64,000 bases of DNA from Phoronis australis. Taxonomy: Eukaryota; Animalia; Phoronida. The notes below the pieces were generated by a model that was given only the letters and a program-made list of their open reading frames with translations, searched no databases and was not told the DNA's origin. Below are positions 11,863 to 23,432 of this stretch, piece by piece. Every line of letters begins with the position of its first letter. Position 1 is the first letter of the stretch. Made by a program: the position numbers and the translations under genes. The stretch is from positions 1,975,469-2,039,468 of the forward strand of contig NMRA01000006.1 of assembly GCA_002633005.1 (NCBI GenBank), given 5' to 3'.

Positions 11863-12817
11863 TATTTTTAGTATATGAGAACCATGAGTTAAAAAAATCA
11901 TAATAAGGAGCTAAAAAGATCGAAACTATGCCTCACACTAATTAAACCATCAAATCTACGCTGTTATGAGTACGTTTTGCACATAAAAGGGACACCTCAG
12001 GAGGCCACTGATGTTTTTAATTCCTTCCAACTAGACCAAATACTCCCGTAATCAAAGTTTTTTGGAGCAGTCCTTTGGCCACTTTTACACTGCTCGCGCC
12101 AGCGGATATGAAGGACCTGTGGGACGGCCAGTATCTACCACTAAGTTAGTAGAGGTTTTATTGTCTACCCTTGCTTTTGACACTCAGTTCGCGCTGGACA
12201 TTCACTGGCATAGCCTTGGTGAAAAGCTACTAAGTATACAGCTTTGCGCCAATAATTAACTGACCAGATAAAATCTGGAAAATCTGACAAAATTAGTGTC
12301 ATTAAAAACTACACTCTTTCCCATTTTGAGGAATCACGCATGTTGACGAATAAAAAGACCAAGGGACACAAGTCTTACAAATTTCCCCTAATAGTGATAC
12401 CTTCTAATGCCTTTTTGCAAGCGTCAGGTGCTACACTCAGTCTCGCGCTAGACTTTGCCTATAACTCATGTGAGTCAGTTGACATACTTTGTGGTTATCG
12501 CGCGCATGGTGAAAAAGTTAACGGCAACCAAAAAAGTGGAGTTGGAATTCTTCGCCAACGTCACCTTAATTCTCAAAACTAAGCTTCATCGAAGATATGT
12601 ATAGAAGTAGAAAATACCAATGATGAAAGTAAGCGCTTCAGTTTTTAAGTGATAGTTTTAAGTGTGGAATGTATTTTTAACAAAGTGAAAACTCAAAATT
12701 GGTGGCCAGATTTGGCCTACCACCCATTTGAAACACATGGAACGAAATGTGAACAGAAAGCAATGGGAAGTATAGTAGCCCCTAACCGGCCAACCGAGGG
12801 GTTACGTGTTGCCTATA

Positions 12818-14496
12818 CAGGGATATACTAAGCCACTCGCTCAGTCGCCAATGCGAGTAAAAATGGTGCTGGGCGAGTAGAAATTGACTTGCTGGGCACC
12901 CAGGTGGTGAGCGAATTTTCAGAGCACAAAAGCACTATATCGTTTCCCAGATGAACATGAATAAATTTTCTCCTCCTTGTGCTGTTTTTATCATGAATTT
13001 AAGGTTCAGTTTGGCCAGTGTGTCGATGCTCCAGCAGTAAAAAACATCGTCGCAATGCGATATTACCGATTCAGAAGATGTCACCCATTATGCGATTCGT
13101 CTAGAAAAAAGATCACAGTGTGTGGTCGTGCACAAAGAAATTTGTGGACTAGTCCAAAACGAAGAAAAGGGGGAAAGGCGGAAGACCGGTCCACGTGCTT
13201 ACAGCAAGTAAAATACCATATTTCTTGGGACTGATTTCTTATTGTAATGTACAATGTCATTTTATCCAAAATTATTTCATAAATAAGAAACATTCGCCGT
13301 AATAAGCGCTCATACCCCTATAAGAGTCCCCCACTCGTTTTCAGACTTCGCTAAAATAAGCGCCCAGTCCATGAACGTCAGGTGTACATATGTGAAAAAT
13401 ACCTTACCTACAGTTCTAAAATTCTACAGTAACGTTTTCAATTTATCAATAACATCTGACAGTCCTGAAAAATCATTGTGTGCAGAATTTCTACACCATG
13501 AGCCTCGCCGCTATGTTGGTATTTAGCTGGGGCTGTACCTTTCAAACTCCCGCAGTGCTTTAGAAAGACTGCAAAAAGTTTTGCTAATCAAGATGCGAGG
13601 AACGTGTCCCACTATGATCAGGCCTTTCAGAACAGACACAGTGTACTGCTCAACGGAATTGTATTGTATCTTTCCCGTACAGATCTTCTCCCTCAACGGG
13701 AATCTAGATTGCTTTGTACACGTAAAAACCACGAATCGAAACTTGACCAGCGATGAGCAGGTGGCCAAGAAGCGCGCGCTAGGGCCTACATAATGTAGGC
13801 CTGCTACTCTGGCACATGAACTCTGATGACACGCACGCGCTTGCTCACTCGGCGCACACCTGCAGACTAACGTCAAAACAAACCGTCACGTGACAACAAC
13901 ATGTGTGTTCGTCCAGATTTTTCTCGTGTTGCGGGGTCTAGCGCAGATTTGGCCCGGACTTAACCTGCGGTTAGTCCTGACTCCACAGGAACTTAAAAAT
14001 CTTAAGGACGCTATATGGAAAACTTAAGGAGGATTTCAGGTAATTTGTTAAGTTGAAACTGTATTTTTACTCAAGAATTCAAGTTGCCCTATCGCTGATC
14101 GCGAGGCAGCAACGCATCAGTTGGCAAGTTTTCGCCCTAGGAGTTCAGCATATTTTTTTAAAAGATCGTAATTCAACAACAAAGTTTGATAGCAATGCAC
14201 CACAGTTTTGTAGAAAGTCTGGCATTAGTTACAGATACGTCACAGCGCATAAATTTGATGAATCCTAGCTTCCAATTTCACCCGTTTCAGAGACCGGGTT
14301 TCAACCGCCTTAGGCTACAACAAGCGACCCTCCCCTCCGAAAGGATTTTTTCTAAGCACCCTGGGCACTTATTAGGGCGAATACAGTAGCCCTAATTGAT
14401 GCTGACATCAACGCAGGAAACGATGATTTTTATTTACACTGGTAGCAAGTTTTTGGTGACAGACGCAAACGGTTTTAAAACCTGTGTATATCCCTG
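12818..14496. mobile_element. Possible hAT-like non-autonomous element (outer element of a nest)
   Basis: TIRs cagggatatac / gtatatccctg; no 8-bp TSD visible. Confidence 0.45.
13292..14388. mobile_element. Tc1/pogo(Tigger)-like non-autonomous element
   Basis: TIRs attcgccgtaataagcgc / gcacttattagggcgaatacagta; TA at the right end. Confidence 0.6.
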
Positions 14497-14504
14497 CAAT
14501 ACCC

Positions 14505-15256
14505 AGCTGTATTTTGACAACAGTCTTCATACAGATGGCTACTACTAGTAGCTGGCTGACTAGCTGGCTGGCTATTTTACATATTGATACAAATTTTACG
14601 GTGAGGTAACAAGCAAAACTACCTGGGCTGTGTGCAATTTCGATGTTTGTCGGAGCTCAACACACAGTGGTACCTAACGTATTTTGGCGATTGTCTTCAT
14701 CTAGCTGGCTTCACTGACACAGAGACTCACTCACTCAGTCACTGAATTAGTTCAGACTTCAGTACTTAAATTACTTGACATATTGGACCTGCGGTATCAT
14801 TTATCTTGCGTCCAATTCATCAAAAAGTCCTGCAAGGTTTACAATAACATACCATTAAATAATTACATCTTGCATGAGCCGATATTGTTCGACGCGAATG
14901 TAGTTGTGGATCTTTTGTTTCACCTGCCATCAATTCTCCAAATAAAAACTGCGACCTTGACCCTTCGAGGACATCTGTTGGTATTTGACGGGAGCGCTGT
15001 CTATCGATGGAGTCGTGAGTCACGTCTAAGCTCGTTTCCAGAAAAAAATTAGCGAGAATTGCCAATTGTATTTTAAGGTACATTTTAAAGAGGTGTCTAA
15101 AGGTGAATTCCTTTATTTGGAATTTCCAATGACGAAATTTTCACTTTGAATTTTGACTGGTTTTTACATTTAACTTGAATCCCCTGTTTCAGCGTAATTT
15201 GTAGCCAGCCAGCTAGCTGTATGAAGACTGTCGTCAAAATAAATTTATATACAGCT
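14505..15256. mobile_element. MITE with 25-bp TIRs
   Basis: tattttgacaacagtcttcatacag / ctgtatgaagactgtcgtcaaaata. Confidence 0.75.
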
Positions 15257-15908
15257 TTGTAATTTGGTACATGCGCGGTGCGAATTCGCCTACAAAAATG
15301 CCGGGGCCGACACGCTCAGTAACTTCGGATTCTACAGGGTATCGTTTCTGTATCTAGTAAGGGTCTCACCTTTTTAACTATATCGGGTCTCGTTTCTATC
15401 CGGTTAGAGTCTCGACTTTAGCTTCGATTTAGGATCAACTTTGACTTACAGAATTTTCATTTACTTTGCGATTTCGGAGCCGATCCAATTAAACTGAGGT
15501 TACAATGGAGACGGAAGCTAAAGATGTGCTGTAAGTTTGTACATTTTGATTTTATATTTAGCGCAGAATAAACTCATTTTATATATCTACTTCGGCTTAT
15601 TTCACTTACTCTTTATAATTTGTTACGATGGTTCACTCATATGCGATGCGAGGGAGTTAAAAACTGATTACAAAACGCAACAATTATTTTTATCGCCGGG
15701 CTACGGTCGGTGCTGGTCGATCCATCGGTTCCCGTTACATTTGGTGCTGTGGCCCGGATGAACCTGTGGTGATAACTTAATTATACTTAAGGAGAATGCC
15801 ACTCGATCGTAATGATCCGTTATGATCACCTCGTATACAGTTGATCTCACTTCAGTCGCCGCAGGGCCTCATTAGCAAGCGGGAGTCGGGGGGGGGGCAT
15901 GCCTCCTC

Positions 15909-18900
15909 AAAAAAATTCAGGCGTCAGGGTTAAACCATGGCAACCGACATAGACGTGGAGCCGGGGACAGCCAAGTAAAGAAAGGATGTGCATTACGGCG
16001 TTTTCCCGTTGCTCCCAACTTATTCGATTCTATGCCCAACAACAAGTTGGGAAGAACATCCCTGTAGCCAATATCTTACACGACTGATTAACTCCATTCT
16101 GACATTTATTGTTGGAGGGTCAGCTCCCTTTTATTCGACTATTCATGCTCTAATCTCCAGTAAGATCATATCTAGCCTGACTGGGCTGTGCTGCTAAAAA
16201 TAAAAGTTAATTTATAACATATTTGAACAGGAATAAGAGAGAAAATTCAAGAGAACATTTAACAACTGTGTATCACTAGCGCATGGTTTACCTTCGCAGG
16301 ACCCTGACCAGGACATTGTCGTTGCAGCACAGGTCGTCTAAACGCACTTGAAAACTTGCACGTACTAATTCATGCATATATTTCGAAAAATCTAGACAAT
16401 TTTGTAAAGCGAAGCTTTCACGGAGCGTACAAATTTACTGGATTTTTAAATTCAAAAAGCGAAGGCAGAACTTTTCCAGAGGCCCTTCTATGGCAAGGGA
16501 TAACGGAGACAAAGTTCGTTTTGTTTTTTTTCTCGAAACTGTATATCACTTGAGAAAAAATGAGGACCTTCGAATTTCTTGATTTTTTAATATTTTCATA
16601 TTTAGGGCCCCGCCCTTAAGGACATTGATGACATTCAAGTGGCCATATTTTTATTGGCAAATTTTTAAGGGGCCCAATGTTGAAATCGATTACCTTTATT
16701 TTCCTGGTTTTTGTGAAATCGTGCAACCGACTTTCATGTTGAAGGAGGTCACTTGCTGCGCCTCGTTTTGGGACCACGCGACGATGGAATGAACTGTCTT
16801 AATTCCAAGCTTAGTGATGCTTAGCCTTTCATCTTAGGTGTCCCATTTCAGACGGGACCCATTCTCGGAGCATACATATAAATCCGACACTGCCAAGTAT
16901 TCACGAGGGAAGTTCATATTCCAAATTCATCAAAAAAACACAAAACATTCGTGCACAGCACCGCAGTATTAAGACATTCGACCCAAACAACCAAGAATGT
17001 GAAAAAATACAATAGTATTGACTGCCATCGAAAGATTGGAATTTTGAAGTTACATGAAGACCACTATTCGTGAATTACACAAAAGGGGTATTTCCGATGG
17101 TTAGTTATAAAATAATTTACTGTTTCCCACAGTATCACACGAATAGTATCTCTTTTGAAAAGAGTTACTATGAGTTGTTTGTAAGGAATTCAATTCCCAC
17201 ATGTGGAAAACACTGCTGTGTAGGCTAGCATGTGTGATGACCGTGTACATGTCGAAAGGGGCTACTCAATAAACTCTCGCAATCATAAACAAACATGTCA
17301 GCGTTTTTTTGTCAGTGGAGTTCAAGTTTACCTCGTGAACCGTTTTAGGTACTTCTGAAATGAGCAAAAATACACTTTAATACCAATGCCCCCATCTCCC
17401 ATGTTCCCCCGGTTACCCGTGTTAAAAATCTGCGAGCATGCCTGCGGAAATTGCTTAAAACATTCCATTTTGATAAACAAATTCGTTGGTTTCTGATTTA
17501 CTTGTTTATGTATCTATGAAAATTGAGATTAATGGATGATCTTTGACAATTAGAAGCTAATGTTGTAAAAATTGATGATGTTTCAGTGAACTTAGTTGCA
17601 TTCTGAAGTTAGTGGGACGAAAACTTTATAATCCGATCCCCAAATAGTAATCTTATAAATAACTCTCAAAGATATTGATGATATTCGGAATCCCGAACAG
17701 TAGATCGACAAAAAGTTTTCAAAGTCCTTAAACATTAAAATTAAACTCATTGCTTGGAAAGGTTGTCTTAGCACTTCATCATCTATTAAGCTGTCGGTTT
17801 TCGTTGATACATAAACGTAAATTAAATCAGAAACCAACGAATTTGTGTATCAAAACGGAATGTTATAAGCAAATTTCCGCAAGGCAATAGCATGATCGCA
17901 GATTTTTGAACATGGGAAATAGGGCATTCATATTAAGGTGTATTTTTGTTCATTTCCGAGGTACCTATAACGGTTCACGAGTTTAACTTGAACTCCAAAA
18001 AGAAAACCGCTGAAATATTTGTTTATTGTTGCGAGTATTTAGAGTACCCCCGTTCGACATGTATACGGTCATCACAAATCGTAGCTCTCAGTCTTTTCGA
18101 CATTTGTGAATTCATTACAAACTGTTCCTAGTAACGACCTTCAAAAGAAATACTATTCTTGTGATACTATTGGACAAATATAACATTATTTATAACTCAC
18201 CATCGGAAGTAGCCTTTTTGTGTAATTCACAAATAGTGATCTTCACTTTCTTCAAAATTCCAAATTTTTTATGGTGGTCTACCCTATCGTATTTTTCACA
18301 TTTTTATTTGTTTGGGTCGAATGTTTTGAGATTGCTGTGCTGTGCACGTTTTTTTGGGGTTTTTGATGAATTTGCAATCTCAACTTCTCTCGTGAATACT
18401 GGGCAATGTCGGATTTATAGGTATAGAGGGATACCCGAACCGCCCTCCGGAGAAGGAGTCCTGTCTGAAATGGGACACCAAAGGCTACATATCATTAAGC
18501 TTGGTGACAGTTCATTCCATTGTCGGGTGACCTTACTAGAAGTGGCTTTCCTTAGCATGAAAGCCTGTTGTACGATTTCACAAAAAAACGAGAAAATAGA
18601 GATGATAGATTCCAACATTGGACCCTCTCTTCGTGAGCGGCCCCTTAAGAATTTGCCGATCAAAACACGAGAAGTGTGACTACTTTTAAGTAGTCACACA
18701 TTGATGACAGTTAAAACTGTCATCAATGGCCCTCTTCAAGAGCTGGACCCCTAAATATGGAAAGATCAATATTTTCAAAAGTTAGGAAATGCGCAGCAGA
18801 TGTTATCTGCCAGGCCATCAATTTTCTTAAGTGATGCACAATTTAAAGAAAGAAAAACACGAAAAACAAAGCGACAGTTGTCTTTGTTATCCTTTGCTAG

Positions 18901-19267
18901 AGAAGGGCCTCTGGAAAATATAATTTTGCATTTGTAAAACTGTCTTATTGGATTTAAAAATCCAAGGAATTAATATGTTCCGCAAAAGCTTCTCTTTAAG
19001 AATTTTTTCGATTTTTCGAAATACATGTATGAACGATAAAGTGCACGTTTTCAAGTGCGCTTAGACATGTATGCAGCAAAAACGGGGACCCTAACAACAT
19101 CCTGGTCAGGGCCCTCAGAGGGTAAACCATGCACTGATACTGGGTTGTCAAATGTTCTCTTGAATTTTCTCTCTTGTTCGTATTCGTAGCCTTTCTTTTC
19201 TCGACTGTCCCCGGAACAGCCTATGTCGGTTGCCATGGTTTAACCCCGGCGCCTGCTATTTTTTTTG
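15909..19267. repeat. Large degenerate inverted repeat (arms about 15909-17540 and 17778-19267; spacer about 240 bp), foldback-like
   Basis: Colinear reverse-complement blocks along both arms, e.g. ggttaaaccatggcaaccgacatag / ctatgtcggttgccatggtttaacc; agagagaaaattcaagagaacattt / aaatgttctcttgaattttctctct; aaattcgttggtttctgattta / taaatcagaaaccaacgaattt. Confidence 0.9.
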
Positions 19268-19463
19268 GGGTGGGCTACGCCGGGACTCCCCCGGCCGCCA
19301 CCCCCTCCCCCCGCTTTCCCGGCTATGGACCTGGGTGTTAGTTCACGGTTACTCGACTCTTGATAGCTGTATCCCCGGAATTGCCCCCCCCCCCACCTAG
19401 CTAGGGCGCCGGGCGGAGGCCCAGGAGATTCGGAACAAATATGGCAAAGTCGGGAGCTCAAGG

Positions 19464-19671
19464 TGCGGGGCGTGGGGGCAGAGGTGATGGCGATGGGGGG
19501 ACGTGTAGTTTGGCGAAGTCTCGATCAATGGGTTTGTGCCCCCCACCCGTACGCCAATAATAACATTTTTGGCTTCCTAGGGGCCTGCTAGTGTGTTCCC
19601 ACTTTGTCATTCAAGGCTGGCCAATGAAGACCTTCGGCTTCCTATCCGATGTACGCCGAGCTTTGCGTCTG
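19464..19671 (+). repeat. About 208-bp direct repeat, copy 1 (left of gap)
   Basis: Near-identical to 21442-21651. Confidence 0.9.
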
Positions 19672-19897
19672 TGGAGATTGTGGTTGTCACCTAGCTAACT
19701 TAAAGGAGCATGCCACCCAAAAAACAACCTAATTTGTATCAATTTAGATCGAGTAGTTCTACTCCATAACGACACGTACGGTTGCGTTACCTGACACCTG
19801 ACGGCAGACGGAGGTGTTGAAATTATCCAATGACGTCATCGGTTTCACACGCAGTCTGTTCAGCAGTTCACAACACGGGTTACTGGTGTCAGCTTAT

Positions 19898-20846
19898 NNN
19901 NNNNNNNNNNNNNNNNNNNNNNNNNNNNNNNNNNNNNNNNNNNNNNNNNNNNNNNNNNNNNNNNNNNNNNNNNNNNNNNNNNNNNNNNNNNNNNNNNNNN
20001 NNNNNNNNNNNNNNNNNNNNNNNNNNNNNNNNNNNNNNNNNNNNNNNNNNNNNNNNNNNNNNNNNNNNNNNNNNNNNNNNNNNNNNNNNNNNNNNNNNNN
20101 NNNNNNNNNNNNNNNNNNNNNNNNNNNNNNNNNNNNNNNNNNNNNNNNNNNNNNNNNNNNNNNNNNNNNNNNNNNNNNNNNNNNNNNNNNNNNNNNNNNN
20201 NNNNNNNNNNNNNNNNNNNNNNNNNNNNNNNNNNNNNNNNNNNNNNNNNNNNNNNNNNNNNNNNNNNNNNNNNNNNNNNNNNNNNNNNNNNNNNNNNNNN
20301 NNNNNNNNNNNNNNNNNNNNNNNNNNNNNNNNNNNNNNNNNNNNNNNNNNNNNNNNNNNNNNNNNNNNNNNNNNNNNNNNNNNNNNNNNNNNNNNNNNNN
20401 NNNNNNNNNNNNNNNNNNNNNNNNNNNNNNNNNNNNNNNNNNNNNNNNNNNNNNNNNNNNNNNNNNNNNNNNNNNNNNNNNNNNNNNNNNNNNNNNNNNN
20501 NNNNNNNNNNNNNNNNNNNNNNNNNNNNNNNNNNNNNNNNNNNNNNNNNNNNNNNNNNNNNNNNNNNNNNNNNNNNNNNNNNNNNNNNNNNNNNNNNNNN
20601 NNNNNNNNNNNNNNNNNNNNNNNNNNNNNNNNNNNNNNNNNNNNNNNNNNNNNNNNNNNNNNNNNNNNNNNNNNNNNNNNNNNNNNNNNNNNNNNNNNNN
20701 NNNNNNNNNNNNNNNNNNNNNNNNNNNNNNNNNNNNNNNNNNNNNNNNNNNNNNNNNNNNNNNNNNNNNNNNNNNNNNNNNNNNNNNNNNNNNNNNNNNN
20801 NNNNNNNNNNNNNNNNNNNNNNNNNNNNNNNNNNNNNNNNNNNNNN
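19898..20846. other. Assembly gap (949 N)
   Basis: Run of N. Confidence 1.
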
Positions 20847-21107
20847 TTTTTTTCAAAAGTATTACATGTACATGTACACCGTATGATATTGCGCAAGACA
20901 ACTTTACTGTACACCACTCAAATTCGAGTTTCAAACGTGTGGGGTGTAATACGATGACACGGCATGACAGATGAGGTAAAAACGTTGCACGTCAATTCGC
21001 CTGAATATCAGGGTTGGGGCACCACAGTATTTCCCTAATCAAATCAAAACATATCTTAGAGTAAAGAAGCTAGTTATCTAAAGAAATCAGCTATAGAGCT
21101 GCTCTTT

Positions 21108-21443
21108 CAGCGGTGGATCCATCTAAAATGCTTGGCTACTTCAGAAGTGTCGTCGGAAGCGCGCGCACAATTGATCTCCGGGGTTTTGTCGATGAGCCAC
21201 GAAGACTCGAAACGCGTTGATTTTCATAACAGCAATTCACAATGCAAAAAATATATTTTCAGAGTGAACCCCCCCCTCATTTTTTTCCAGGTTGGTTTAC
21301 TTGGGGTTTACACACGCTGGCAGTGCCGGCGTTTTTGTTTTGCTGGAGACGTTTTTGTTTTGTTTTTTGTTTTTCTAATTTTTGGGTCCTGGCCCGAGGG
21401 GGGGGTTTAAACCCCCTGAACCCCCCCCGTAGATCCGCCACTG
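21108..21443. mobile_element. MITE of the CAGTGGCGGATC-terminus type
   Basis: TIRs cagcggtggatc / gatccgccactg, with a subterminal ggggg..aacccc..ccccccc tract. Confidence 0.7.
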
Positions 21444-21651
21444 CGGGCGTGGGGGCGGAGGTGATGGCGATGGGGCCGAACGTAGTTTGGCGAAGTCTCG
21501 ATCAATGGGTTTGTGCCCCCACCCCTACGCCAATAATAACATTTTTGGCTTCCTACGGGCCTGCTAGTGTACATGTTCCCACTTTGTCATTCAAGGCTGG
21601 CCAATAAAGACCTTCGGCTTCCTATCCGATGTACGCCGACCTTTGCGTCTG
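21442..21651 (+). repeat. About 208-bp direct repeat, copy 2 (right of gap)
   Basis: Near-identical to 19464-19671. Confidence 0.9.
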
Positions 21652-22136
21652 GACATGATTTTAGTGGTATGCACCATTTCGCTTCGTTTTGCCGTACTGG
21701 CGCGTGATTAACTTGGAATCTGAACTTAGATATCTCCGTGGACTATGTTGTGGGCGGGTTGGAATACACGAGGAAACTTGACAAGTTTGGCACTCAAATA
21801 ATCTGGGCATTCACCAACATAAAAATTTACAATGCACTAAATCAAATTACATGCTGGTAAAATAATGTAATTTTAGCCAACCCGCGTTTATCAACTATTA
21901 TGGCGATCTTCAAACAGTGAATTTATCATGTAAGTTCTCCGATTCGATCTGTGACTCAAATCACGGTAAAGGAGAAAAAGGGTGATCGAGAGGCCCTTAC
22001 GGCAAAAAATCTTTCAGAAAACTGAACACAGAATTCATCCGATTACTTTAATTGAATATTCAATTCCAAGTTCACGCATACGTCATCTTGTGCATTACAA
22101 GCAGGAACAGTGAATTTTAGTACGTTCGCATAGCAC

Positions 22137-22201
22137 CCTCACTGGTTCCCTGCGTGCCGCTTGGTAGCCAGCACCAAACGGCACGCAGGGAACCACCGAG
22201 G
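22137..22201. repeat. Near-perfect GC-rich palindrome/hairpin
   Basis: ggttccctgcgtgccgcttggt-agccagc-accaaacggcacgcagggaacc. Confidence 0.9.
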
Positions 22202-22445
22202 CATATAAGCCCCTTACCCCTAATTAGTCGACAATCATTTTGACCAACCCGGCCACCAACTCGTGGAATAAAAACGACTTTTCTGTATTGGTTTCAATAA
22301 AATTGTTCATTAAAATACAAATTTTATGTATTAATACCATTATTTTTTGTTTTTGAAATTAAATGGGTTACCAAATTACGTTTATTTTCTGCCAGAGAAA
22401 TAACACCACATTTTAGTTTTATAAGTACCCCCTTCATTTACTTGA

Positions 22446-22483
22446 CAACCCATAGCAACTGAAGTAGACAGTCCGCCATCTTG
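22446..22483 (+). promoter_or_regulatory. Putative dynein core promoter: RFX X-box-like site plus YY1 site
   Basis: CAACCCATAGCAAC at 22446-22459 (reverse complement starts GTTGCTATGG, a strong X-box half-site) and CCGCCATCTTG at 22473-22483 (YY1 consensus). RFX factors are established regulators of ciliary genes. Confidence 0.6.
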
Positions 22484-22535
22484 GAAGGGCAAGTGCCCGT
22501 TGAAAAGTTATAGGTTGAATTAATAAGTCTTGAAG
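22460..22535 (+). other. Putative non-coding first exon of the dynein gene (5' boundary approximate)
   Basis: Donor AAG|GTGAAT at 22535/22536 just after the promoter motifs. A matching acceptor (polypyrimidine tract, tttcag at 23048) lies 27 nt before the ATG. Confidence 0.5.
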
Positions 22536-23075
22536 GTGAATATGACTTTTACTATTTGCTACACGATCCTCGCCAGCTTGGAAAATGGTTTTTGAACATA
22601 ACCACTACAAGTTTGATTGAGTAATTCCTTTGTCAACTTATGCAAGTTATCATGTTTATTTGGCGCTGAAATTTCTGCGCTGCCACTGCACTACAGTTTG
22701 CACGATGGTAGGTTGCAGCAAGCCCAAGCAAATACCACAATAAGTCTGTACTTCTGCAGCAGTACGTGGTTAAATCATCCAAACCAAAGATTTTCAATAA
22801 GTCTATGCTCGGACTGGGATTGTGATTTGGTCCCCAGTTAAAGGCTTAATGTATGGAGAGTTATGTGGATTTGACATTTGATGGATTTTCACACTTAACG
22901 TCTTAACAATTACTTCACAGCTGGACTTCAAATTTGCTCTCTCTGCTTTCTTTCAAACACTCAACCATTCAGTTTTACGCTTCAAAGTCAAACCTTTAAT
23001 TGTGCTTAACATAATGTTTTTATTATTGAATTTAACTTTGTATTTCAGAATCCACTAGTCTAAAAGACTTCCATC

Positions 23076-23432
23076 ATGGCGGCCGAACTCGAGCTTAACG
23101 ACGCTCGAGTCGAGTTCATCGCTGACTATGTGATAAAAACAATGAGATTAAAGCCAGACAAATGGCTAAAAATGTACAACATAGAGGAAAACAAGCAGAT
23201 AATTTTTGATTGGTTCGAAAAGGCGGATAACATGAATTTGATTCTGATTGTCAACTCAGCTGGCTCAATCACCGTCCAGTATGAATGGCCGGCACAGATG
23301 AAAGGAAAAGCTTGCTATTTCCTGCGTAAAAACAAAGATCCAATTCACAAGGATACTAATTTGAGAACGGCAACTTTCTTTGGAGATGTTTCGTCAACCC
23401 CAATTGACCAGCTGCAAGCCTTTGTAGATGAG
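23076..23432 (+). CDS. DNAH17: dynein HC coding exon 1
   Basis: acceptor tttcag ends 23048; ATG 23076; donor GAG|gtgagc. Confidence 0.9.

Noticed and set aside
17571-17610. TGATGA..CTGA as a C/D snoRNA in the inverted-repeat spacer
   Set aside because: Only about 35 nt long, too short, and no terminal stem.
18161-18679. 172-aa ORF inside the large inverted repeat, as a possible transposase
   Set aside because: No DDE/HTH motif recognisable, and the opposite arm has no corresponding ORF in the track.
19814-20974. Four long ORFs (342-386 aa)
   Set aside because: Artefacts of reading through the N gap.
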